Below, piece by piece: positions 11,670 to 22,402 of a stretch of 51,916 nucleotides of DNA. The stretch's first letter is position 1; every line of letters starts with the position of its first letter. The stretch comes from Catajapyx aquilonaris (Eukaryota): the NCBI GenBank assembly GCA_000934665.2, contig JYFJ02002740.1, positions 1 to 51,916 of the forward strand. The letters run 5' to 3'. The translations under genes were made by a program, and so were the position numbers. Under the pieces are notes generated by a model that was not told where the DNA came from, did not search any database, and worked only from the letters and a program-made list of their open reading frames with translations.

Positions 11670-12591
11670 TACAGGGTGATCCAACTCTATGGCACCAGTA
11701 GTTATTGAAAAAATCGCGCAAGCTGCTTGTTTATAAGCAGGTCGTTGCTAAGAGATGCTTTCTGGCTCTTTCTGGAGAATCGGGAATAGCACCTGCTGAT
11801 ATTAGGTCCAATGCCCATGTAACAAAATTAATGAGGGGAAAAAGGGTCATCCGTGGGAAACAGGCCTGTTCTGGTGTTCGCCGGAGGGTTTCACATGAGG
11901 TCACTAGCTGCCAAACCGGAGGGCTAATCCGTCGGAACTGGACAGACCCGGGTGTGTCAATAAATAGGCCTTCTGGTCTGTTCATTGTTGGCCGCAGTTG
12001 GCGCAACTGAGGCAGCGTTGTTTAGTTACCAGTATAAATAAATAGTTCTTGTAGAGTCAGGACCAGGACATGCCTTACTCAGGGGGCCTGTTCGAGAGCC
12101 GCCCAAGGGCTTCCAGGGTTCTAACAGTACAGTCTGCATTGGGCATTCTCTCATTAATTGGTAGACATGCATGGGCATTGTAATTGGACCTAATATCAGC
12201 AGGTACTAAGACTGGTAACTAAACAACGCTGCCTGTTGACCTGTCCCAGTTGCGCCAACTGGGGCCAACAATGAACAGACCAGAAGGCCTATTTATTGAC
12301 ACACCCGGGTCTGTCCAGTTCCGACGGATTTAATAGGCCTCTGGTTTGGCAGCTAGTGACCTCACGTGAAACCCTCCAGCGAACACCAGAACAGGCCTGT
12401 TTCCCACGGATGACCCTTTTTTTCCCTCATTAATATTGTTACATGGGCATTGGACCTAATATCAGCAGGTGCTATTCCCGATTCTCCAGAAAGAGCCAGA
12501 AAGCATCTCTTAGCAACGACCTGCTTATAAACAAGCAGCTTGCGCGATTTTTCCAATAACTACTGGTGCCATAAAGTTGGATCACCCTGTA
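11670..12591. mobile_element. Tc1/mariner-type palindromic MITE
   Basis: TA|cagggtgatccaact..agttggatcaccctg|TA, arms of about 350 bp. Confidence 0.9.
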
Positions 12592-13736
12592 TATATCGAT
12601 AACGGTCTACTTTTTTTCAAAATAGTTTCCAGCCAAATTGGGGCATTTTTCATTGGGTTACACAATATTTTGTATGCCTATGTCTTAGAAGTCGGCCGCC
12701 AGCCATTTCCGCAATCCCTGAACGCTGGATTGAAACTCCTTGTCATCGTCAACCTTCTGCTTTGCAAGCCATTTCTCCCTGTCCATGGACAAGTGGTAAT
12801 CGCTATGCTCTAAATCCCAGGTGATCAAAAAATTATCACTTGAATTGTTGCGGCAGGGTTCCAGTAAGTAAGGCAGTAGTACGCAGGGGGCATTGTCGCG
12901 CAAGAAAACACCCCGAAACTCAACATGCTGCCCAAAGCTTCAACCCAAAGGTTTATTGTGAGGCATTACAGAAGTTAAGGATGGCAATCCACAAGAAATG
13001 TATCGGTATATTGAGTTTCGGGGTGTTTTCTTCCGCGACAATGCCCCCGTGTACTGCCTTGCTTATTGGAACCCTGCCGCAACAATTCAAGTGAGAATAT
13101 TTTGATTACCTGGGATTTAGAGCCTAGCGATTACCACCTGTCCATGGACAGGAAGAAATGGCTTGCAAAGCAGAAGGTTGACGATGAAGTAGAATTAAAA
13201 TCCAGCGTTCAAGGGTCACGGAAATCACGGAAATAGCTGGCGGCAGACTTTATCACATAGGCATACAAAATCGCGTGTAACTCAATGAGAAATGCCTCGA
13301 TTTGGCTGGAAACTATTTTGAAAAAAAGTAGACAGTTGTCGATTTCAGATGTGTAAATAAAAAGTCTGGGGGTGCATTATGGTTTTTCTAATGAAAAAAA
13401 CGGAACTTACTTTCTGGACATGCCTTCCATTATTTAAATAATGGTATAATAATTGTATATCACTTAAAAATCATGGATAAAAATTAATATTTTATTTTCA
13501 CAGACATGTTTCAGCATGGAGAAAAATTACAGTGGATCATGCGAACCACTCCTGCAGAAGCAGGACTGCTAGAGTAGTTTCAGAATAGTTGTCTGTGCTA
13601 CCACTGGTGGAAAGCTTGGCAGCCAAGGCTCTTGTTTGGCTAACAGCAACCTCAGGTAAACTGGCATCAAATTATTTGTCAGAGATGAACAGCAGAGGTT
13701 AAAGTCAAGGCCACCTGAAGCGTATTCTTTCATTAA

Positions 13737-14330
13737 AGCGGCGTTCAGACGAGGCAACTTGGTTGAAGCAACGTGGCTGCAACCTGAAATACACGGAGAG
13801 AATAGGAACCTGGTTGCAGCCCCCGGTTGCAGAAAAGTTGCAGCGTTTTTTGGGTTGCTGCAATGGATAAACTATTGTTTATCCGCACCTTAACAACGCG
13901 GTCGGGGTTGGGGGGNNNNGCTCCTGACGGTTGGCAACGTTGCGTCGCAAACAATCGGGTGCCTTGATCTGCTGCCAGCCGAATTCGAATGCCTTCACGG
14001 TTGCTTGACGAAGTGTCGTTCTTTGGGTCAACGGACTGCAGCAACCATCATGGCTTTCATATTTCCCACCTCCTTCATTAATACTGTGGTCCCAGCACTC
14101 GTCTGATCGGTTCGCGTGGCAGGGGTAACAAGACGCCCTTTGTTGTGCTCTCCTGGCAACCGATTGTTTGCGACCTGTAGCCAACATGTTTGGAGCCCAC
14201 CACGCCTCCCCAACCCCGCCACGTCGCTAGGTGCGGATAAACGATAGACTTTCCGCTGCAACTTCCTATTCTCTCCGTGTATTTCAGGTTGCAGCCACAT
14301 TGCTGCAACCAAGTTGCCTCCACAGAGTCT
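13737..14330. mobile_element. Palindromic MITE with a PIF/Harbinger-like left end
   Basis: Left end gcggcgttcagacgaggcaac follows taa; long inverted arms; right end eroded; absent from the paralog near 22580. Confidence 0.7.
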
Positions 14331-15195
14331 GTTCTTGTGCACTGCTGTCCTTTATTGATCGAAGGTAACAATGTCATTGTAAATGGAAACAATCAGAGAA
14401 GTGAATCACTTATGTAAAGATTCCTGCAGACCATTGGCTATAACTGCCATTCCCCTAACAAGGCCTACTACTTCCTGAGAGGCAGCAGCAAATACCAAGG
14501 ACATGATATGGTCACCTGCATGTAGGGTTATAGCAGTAATGTTGCTATTGGCGTAGCTTGTCCTTCCTTCTCTGGCAGTTCCCCGCAGTTATTCCAGACA
14601 GGCACAATGTCTGGTCATCAACGGACCTGGATCAGCAGAGAGAACGTGTCAAGGCGAAGTACCGTGGAAGATAACCACGTTACGACCGATGATGACTGAC
14701 GCCTTCCCGCCGCCATGTTGCCTCCTGGAGGGTAGCCAACCGAACACTCCCATTTACCTTATTTGAAATAAACAAATTTAACACCACAGATTGGTGAATA
14801 GTGAGAATTTATTTCCCATTGAGTTTCTGTTAAATAAATTAGTCGTCCGTTTCATAAATATATTTTTTGTTTGCCCACTGAGGAGTGGCGCCAAAATCGT
14901 ATTGAGTTATTGACTATTCGACTTCTACATGACCCTGTACTATGCAGTACTGTACGGTCAAGTTAATGCTGAGTCTGCTGGGCCATTTCTAAAGTCGACT
15001 TCCGAAATGCGCTTTGTAAAAATTAGCGAAACGTTAGGCCCTACACAGGGTGTAAATGACATAAGTGCACATATTTTGAGGACTGATAAGAGTATGACTA
15101 GAAAGGAATGATTTAAGATTTTAAGCCAATGCTTTCACAAACTGATCATCAGGCGGCCCAACTTCACGTGCAATGGTGGGAGTGCCTTCTGAGGA

Positions 15196-15455
15196 GGGCG
15201 ACACAGTGGCGGAGTGGTTAGCGCCACAGCCTTCCACCTCTAAGGTCCCGAGTTCGATCCCCGGGTGACGCACAGGATACTTATGTGGATCGAGTTTCGA
15301 TGGGTTCTCTCCGTGTTCGCGTGGGTTTTCTCGGGGCTCTCCCGTTTCCTCCCACTATCAAAATCCATCACACACAAGCAATGATTAAAGTCGGTCCACG
15401 AAAAGAAGTACCCCCAGGAGACCCAAGGCCTATCACGGGGTATCCATTATTATTC
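15196..15455 (+). mobile_element. tRNA-derived SINE with V-SINE-like central domain
   Basis: gttctctccgtgttcgcgtgggttttctcggggctctcccgtttcctcccac core; 15-bp TSD agtgccttctgagga; second copy at 21236-21523. Confidence 0.85.
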
Positions 15456-15474
15456 AGTGCCTTCTGAGGATCCA

Positions 15475-15860
15475 CCAGCAGCTGCCACTTGAGATGGTAA
15501 CTGGTTTCAATTATGGAGCAGTACTGCTTTGAGGCTTCTGATTGAGCCGTCAATGAAGAGGCAGCACTGGTGTGGGACATACATGATCCCAATTGCCTCA
15601 AACAGGCCATTCACAATGTTGCAGAAACAGAGTTCCTCTTGAAAGATGAAGGAGGTTTGGTGATGCTTCTCCTGACTGGTAACTTACACACCTTCCTCCA
15701 AGTCCCACTGATTGAGCCTATATGTCAGCAACTTGCCATACCATGTTGTGGCACCAAGGTCTCTATGATGCCAGTAAGATCTTGGTTGGGATAGTACGTG
15801 TTTCTCTCACTAGCAACATTCTGGAAAGTGTAATCTGCATCTGGAACATCATCCTGGGGA
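15475..15860 (-). mobile_element. Chapaev (CMC superfamily) transposase remnant
   Basis: Minus-strand LCFCNIVNGLFEAIG..LFIDGSIRSLKAVLLHN*NQLPS resembles the Chapaev3 WRLFIDSSxxSLKAVLLHNGN block; contains stops and frameshifts. Confidence 0.75.
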
Positions 15861-16170
15861 CTATTGGCTTTGTTCTGGTGAGTGGAAGTGGGTGGAACAG
15901 AGGTGGAAGGAGGCGGAAGGATGAGGTGGGCATGGCTTGAAGAAGAAGGTAGGCTGGGGAGGATCTGTGGGAAATTCCCTCAAGTCTGGACTGTATTTAT
16001 TGTACCTGCCTGCAGTCGTGTTTACAACAAAATGGGCTAATCAAATGTCTTGATGATCAGCATTACATAACAGCAAAATGTTATTTCCTTTAATTATTAT
16101 GCAATTAGGAAAATACCATGGGCAAAGCATTACAATTGACAATATTTATGTTTTTTGACTGCACTGATGT

Positions 16171-16934
16171 TTGTTTGTTTTTGTTTTGTTTTTAATACCC
16201 TTTGATAAGGCCAGGGGCTCTCTTAGGGGGGGAAGGGGTGGTTCCAAAGGTAGGGTGCTCAAGTAGTCATTTCTGACCCTCTTAACCCTTAACTACGTAG
16301 GTGGGTGAAACACTTTAACTACGTAGGTGGAGCCTGAGAGGCTCCAACGGTATATTTAAATTTCTGCTTATCAACTAAATTGTTATATTGAACTTTTCAC
16401 ATACAGAAAGTGCAGTTCAGATCATTAGGCTTCCGAAAACGTAAAAATCACACACTGAGTCGGCATATTCCGACAGAGAAAATTTTTAATTAAAAGGTTA
16501 CATCATGTGTTTGAGCCGCTCAGGCTTCACCTGAGATATAGAGCCTGAGCGGTTCCAGGAGGGACCTGTTCCTAGTTACGAATTTTTTAAACCCAAAGAA
16601 TAGGGACTAAAAAATTTTTTTTTTTCCTTTTCATGCTTAGGAAGGTTTTTCTGACAAAGTCACGGAAGGACAGGAGAAAATAAAATTCAATGAAAAAGTT
16701 ACATGCGCTTAAATAGTGCTTGGAGCCTCTCAGGCTCCACCTACGTAGTTAAGGGTTAAATACCAGACCTTTACTCTTGGCCCTGGACAGAGAAGGGAGT
16801 GCAAGTCTGCCTGGACATTTGGGGTCAAAAGAAAAAAAATACCCAACTAAGCGAAGGTGATGGGGACAGGATTTGAACCCCGGACCTCCCGCTTGGCTGG
16901 CCAGTAGCATAACCACAGACCACCATGCCCCCCT
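16171..16934 (-). mobile_element. tRNA-derived SINE (family B) interrupted by a different piggyBac-type MITE
   Basis: Reverse-complement homolog of 3849-5520; own 13-bp TSD actgcact(g/a)atgt. Confidence 0.85.
16282..16759. mobile_element. piggyBac-type MITE
   Basis: TTAA TSD; TIR cccttaactacgtaggtgg. Confidence 0.88.
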
Positions 16935-17368
16935 ACTGCACTAATGTCAAAAACAAAGTTCAGACTGGATGAAAGCTCAACATGAGTGTCAAGTGACCTA
17001 AGGAACAGAGAAATAGCTTTGAATTCCAAAAAACACAGAAATTTTTATTCCAAGTTACTTTTCACTCATCCCTTAGTAATGCCTCACTGCTAGCAGCAGG
17101 GACAACAAGAGCTGAATCATCGGGCCCAGTGTCTGTAAAGTGCAACTCGGGGAGCTCCTGCAAAACAATTGAAGAGTAATTTTAACAATAACTACTAACC
17201 CACACACATTCCATCTGTCAGCATGATATACACTTACACAGGGTGAAGGGATACTCATGGACAATTTCCAGGTAGACTGACAGTACTCGCAAAATTAATA
17301 TAGGGACGTGTAAGTAATTTTTGGTGCCGTTGCATAGTTAATGTGTACAGCGCTGTGAAAGTGTAGAG

Positions 17369-17606
17369 CAGTGCTTCCCAATTTCTTTTGTGGCCAACCC
17401 CAAAAAATCGTCTCATAAAATTTGCGACCTCCTATATGTGCACATTTCGATCCGCCAACATGAAAAGACAGGTAAACAGTGAAGGTCATGATTTTCAAGA
17501 AAGATAGCATAATTTTGTGATAATAATTTGTTACCCTCCCTCACGACCCCAAATATTATTTTCGCGCCCCCAAATGTGGTCGCGACCCACAGTTTGGGAA
17601 GCACTG
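17369..17606. mobile_element. hAT-type MITE
   Basis: TIR cagtgcttcccaa; 8-bp TSD gtg(t/c)agag. Confidence 0.88.
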
Positions 17607-17694
17607 GTGCAGAGTGTCAGATGGTGGCATACGAGGTGAACAACGACAAAGTGCACTGGTGTCACACCCGGATTCTTACTCTGATGGGATTTGA

Positions 17695-18558
17695 TCACTT
17701 GTTGCACATGGACGATGAGTTATGGATCCAAGGCCGGATTATTTGGAGGCCCTCGAGCTGGCTTTTGCTTCTTTGAAGCTGGCGGAGCAAATGTGACTTC
17801 ACGAAACTTGAAAGGCACATATGCATGAACTACGCAATGGCGCCCAAACTACTTGCACATCCCTATATCACTTTTGCAGATTCTACCAGTCTACCTGGCG
17901 ATTGTCCGCGAGAATCCCTTCACCCTGTATGGAACACTTCAGTCTATCAAGGCATGAATGATCATAGGTCGAATAAACTCACACATGCCATTTTAGTTAT
18001 GTCAACAAAGCAACACTGCCACTACTTTCTAGCCCTTGCATTGTCAAGGCACCAAAATTATTCACATCATATTTAATTCCAAATGCTTACCAGCACTGCT
18101 CGATGATACAACTCCTGAGTCCCCTTGTGCAGCTTGTCGCTGAGGGTATCCAGGGCCTTCTCTAGTGATTTTCACTGTTCATCATCACTTTCAGCTTCAG
18201 GCAAGAGTGGTGGTTCAGGTACTTTCCTTCCCATAATCTCATCGAGGGCTGCTAAGGCTTTATTGCATGCTGCCTGGATGTACAAGTCATCATCACTATC
18301 ATCACTACTTTTCCCTGGTTGTAAGTCAGCATCGGATGAATCCATTGATGAGGCTTGCTGCAACACATCTTGCTCAGCTTGGGACATGTTGTCATCTTTC
18401 CGTTCAGAAATTGGCGGCTCCAGGATTTCAATGCAAGAGCCAGAATCTGTGCCTGCATTGTCCATTGCGCCTGGAACATGTATTCCAGGATTCCGAGCTA
18501 CAGACTCTGTCTCAACATCTTTGTCTTGCCCATCAATTCTGTCACGTTCAGAGTCCAT
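17695..18558 (-). pseudogene. Orphan acidic-protein gene or pseudogene with one in-frame TGA
   Basis: Exon 18579-18091 (tttgtag acceptor, CTG|gtaagc donor; frame stays open after TGA at 18174-18172), 30-nt microexon 17924-17895, possible last exon 17778-17695; no family recognised. Confidence 0.5.
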
Positions 18559-18615
18559 CTTTTCCTCAAATTTTCATACCTACAAAAGAAACCATACAAT
18601 TATTATTAACACATC

Positions 18616-19439
18616 TTAACCCTGATATGCCTGGAAAAGTTTTTGTTGAAATTTTAAACTTTTTTTGTTTCTATTAGTTCATGTTAGTTCCCAAAACACA
18701 AAAATCGAGATAAAACATTTTTCTGAATTCTTGTTTGCAAGAAAATGGCAGTTCCCTATAATTATGGGATGCTAGGAAAATGTAACCTAGTAACCCAGTT
18801 GTTGATTACATGACCATGGCAACAGTGACAGTCAGCAATATCCATAGTTTCATCATATCACCAGTGATCGATTGTTGTCGATTGCATTACCATGGAAACA
18901 GGCCCTGCAAAGAAGGGGTTGTGATTGAGTAACAATCAACAACAATCAAGGATTGTTGCAACAGTTGCCATGTTAACCAATTGCCATGTAATTTCATTTC
19001 AATTGTATGGATTCATTAAAATACAGTTCAACAAACGTACGAAATCCACACACATACTTTACTTGTCCAAATGTGGGTGCATTTGCCTCTTGTGTTCCCC
19101 AGAGAGGACACCACATTTCAGTACTACTCTCAGACAAGGAAAGCAAAAAAAAAAATGCCTATATTTCCACATCGACATCATCATTCGAGAATTAATTACT
19201 AATCATCTTCGGAACATGGAGGTGCAGCCATCATTTCCTGCGTTAAAAGTCAAACACCTGTACCTTAAAAATCTGAAGCAATATTGAGCAGGTTTGAACT
19301 TGTATCGTTAGATGGGACTCTACTGAAGCACACTTGACTACTGCCAGCTCTTTAGCAGCAGAAGAACCTGCGCAAAAAATTAAAATGTAACAACTGTGCA
19401 GGTGTCCCCTACAGGGGACACTCGGCATATCTGGGTTAA
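18616..19439. mobile_element. piggyBac-type MITE
   Basis: TTAA TSD; TIR ccc(t/a)gatatgcc. Confidence 0.85.
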
Positions 19440-19670
19440 ACATGCTCTGAACTGTGGGATTATTTACTGGGCTTATTTACACAACACCCAGCAAATGGGA
19501 CCTGTTACGCACTTGGTTCACTATATCATTGCCAGGCACAGTATATAGACAACCCCCAGATACCAACAGGCCCTCTGATTTCATGTAAAAATGGAAACAT
19601 ACAGTGATATTCTCAGCTAGATATGCATCCTCTGACAACCCTGAAAGCTGTGCCTGTGGTAGCTTGGGAA

Positions 19671-19731
<61 letters not shown>

Positions 19732-19748
19732 CCTCTCTCTCTCTCTCT
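19671..19748. repeat. (CT)n microsatellite
   Basis: Directly visible. Confidence 0.95.
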
Positions 19749-20530
19749 ACACGTTTCCTCATGGCCTTAGTTGACTTGGCTTCTTCTGCTAAAGCAGGGG
19801 TTCTTTGCCTTTTCTATGCCCCGAACTCCCAGGAAATGTTGGATTAATGCTCGTACCCGCTACAAAAGTAATGTCTGATGAAGAAGTCTCATGCTTAATT
19901 TTTGAATCACAAATTAATTGAACCACATACATGCAAAGAGAACCTTGTGGTGCGGAACCAGTGGAAGTTCATGTTCTTATGTTTTTTGGCCCTCAGGAAG
20001 CTATTATAAGTGCTTTTGGCAAGAATTTTGGTTCATAGACGTTTCTTGGGATGGGAAATACAACACACAGGAGTGCCAACTTAATGACTGGAAAGTGTGA
20101 AATTTCAACCGAAACAGATGTAAGCTCAATTATGAAAGACATTATATTTCCCGCATTACATATAACCGACATGAAATACCCAAATATGTGGCAAGCATGA
20201 CTCGAAATTGGATTAATGTTACAATTCCTGGTAATCCAGGATCTTCCCAGCATGTAAAGGCCCATTTACAGGAGGTCACTCCAAGAAAAATAATCGTGGC
20301 CTGACAGTCAGCCTGGCATTACATTAATATTGCAGCATGTGACAAGCAGCCAGATGTTCAAATTCTGCATGCAACAGCTGGCCACTGCTGTTGGGTCATA
20401 TTCATGTCCGTCCAGAATGGGTATGCCAGCTCACTCATTGACTCTGTTTGAATTGCAGAGCGTGCCACAAACACAGATATTTTTTTCAATATATAATGGT
20501 ATAATAATTGTTTATCGCATTAAAATCATG

Positions 20531-21490
20531 GGTAATTATCTAGTTTAGGTGGGCGCGACATACAGCGTTCTTGTGGTACTTACTGTTCAACTAAGCGCAT
20601 AGGGACCTAGTGCTGACTTTCCCAAGTGGTGGAAAAGCAATTTGAGCTCAAACAACCGTGTAGAACCGAAGTTACAGACATATTAACATGACGTATACAC
20701 ATTCCATTGTTCCTCGCGGTGGCCGTCTCTTTATACCAATAGTTGCACCTGTTGATACTCGATACCATCTCCGTGACATTTCAAAATGGAGGGATTTGAA
20801 GTGCAAGAGTGCACGGGGTGTTTCTTGACAAGTTGGGTCTGTATCCGCTGAAGACAGGGCTGTATCCGCATGGAAGGAAGGTTGGGTTGGTACATCGTAC
20901 CCACACCCCTGCCACGCAAAGCAGTGAAAATTACTATTGCAGTATTGAAAATATAAACATTCTTGCCCCTCCCCTGGTCCTGCCATACAATAAAGAGGGG
21001 TAATTGGCACGGAAAAGAATGAAAAATTGGGAAGTAATGTCAGACTTAATGTGGCATGGGTAGAGGCACTCTGTACCAACATTACCTTAGAACCTAACCT
21101 CCCTTCCTTGCGGATACAGACCCTATCTTCAGTGGATTCAGACCCTAGCCTAAGTGGTATGCTGTACCAACACAACCTAACCTAGCATCCTTTCCTTGCA
21201 GATACAGCCCTATCTTCAGCGGATACAGCCCCTATGCTGGCGACACGGTGGCAGAGTGGTTAGCACCACGACAGCCTTCCACCTCTAAGGTCCCGAGTTC
21301 AATCCCCTGGTCGCGCAGATGATACTTATGTGGATAGAGTTTCGATGGGTTCTCTCCGTGTTCGTGTGGGTTATCTCAAGAGTTCTCCCATTTCCTCCCG
21401 CAATCAAAATCCATCACACGCAGGCAATTATTAAAGTCGGTTCACGAAAAGACGAACCCCTAAGAGGCTCAAGGCCTATCACGGGGTATC

Positions 21491-21526
<36 letters not shown>

Positions 21527-22217
21527 AGCCCCTATCCTAAGGGGTACGTTGTACCAACATAACCTTTGAATCTAACCTACCTCCCTTCCTTGCGGACACA
21601 GCCCTATCTTCAGATGATACACGCCTATTCTTCAGCAGATACATGCCTAGGCGAGTAGCTATGAAAGTACGGGGATTCCAGTTACAAATTTGTAGGCCTA
21701 TTCCTTGGTCAGCATGTATAGTACCCTTACGCCTTATTACACAGATATGGCCGAAGGACCCATCATTTTGTAGGCTATTTAGCCAAATTTATGTTTAAAC
21801 GTGCCTATCCAGATCATCGCGAGTGGATGCATCATTTCTTGCAAGCAGCTGCCTCTTTGTACCCACCCAACCCGCAATAAGGTACGTGGAATCTACGAAA
21901 CCATATCGTTAGAATACACAATACCGTATCGACACAAAATACAGTACCTTATCGGCAGGGAACTCACCTAACCCGCAATAGTATCGATCAGTGTGCTACT
22001 ATTGGTATACAACATGGCTGTCGCAAAGCTGAATCGGAAAATGGGATGCTGCGCATATGGTTAAAATGTCTGTAACTTGTTCTACATGGTTGTTTGTGCT
22101 CAAATTGCTTTTCCGCCACTCAGGAAAGTTAGCACTAGGTCCCTATACACTTAGTTGAACAGTACACACCACAAGAATGCTGTACGTCGCGCCCGCCCAA
22201 ACTAGATGATAATGACC
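20531..22217. mobile_element. Long-TIR non-autonomous DNA element (Merlin- or MULE-like) with internal tandem repeats
   Basis: Inverted termini of about 140 bp, GGT..ACC; 8-bp TSD aaatcatg; empty site in the paralog near 13470; internal cttgcggatacagccctatcttcag repeats; contains a SINE. Confidence 0.75.
21236..21523 (+). mobile_element. V-SINE-like tRNA SINE (copy 2)
   Basis: Homologous to 15196; TSD tacagcccctat; (tta)n tail. Confidence 0.85.
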
Positions 22218-22316
22218 AAATCATGGATAAAAATTACTATTTCATTTTCACAGACACTGGCTTCAGCATGCCGAAAATGACAGCTGCTTATGTGAACTGC
22301 TGCAGCAGAAGCAGGA

Positions 22317-22402
22317 CCGAGGGGTTTATCACTTACATTTTTTGCGTACACGGACTACCCACGAAGGTGTACATGGACTGCCCTTAGTGAATAACCCTTC
22401 GG
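22317..22402. mobile_element. 86-bp miniature element with 6-bp TSD
   Basis: Inverted ends ccgagggg..cccttcgg; gcagga duplicated; single gcagga at the paralogous site near 13560. Confidence 0.7.

Larger units (their letters stand above)
11237..13429. mobile_element. mariner-derived fold-back (two 3' ends) with nested SINE and MITE
   Basis: Inverted arms encode the C-terminal DLxxSDYHL..KWLAKQK segment; insertion absent from the paralogous site near 20490. Confidence 0.85.

Noticed and set aside
11705..12556. Mirror-image ORF pairs (also 32069-32621, 34585-34904, 35927-36246, 45837-46938)
   Set aside because: By-products of palindromic MITEs; no recognisable protein motifs.
21090..21650. CRISPR-like repeat spacing
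   Set aside because: Degenerate tandem repeats inside a TIR element; no unique spacers, no cas genes, eukaryotic context.
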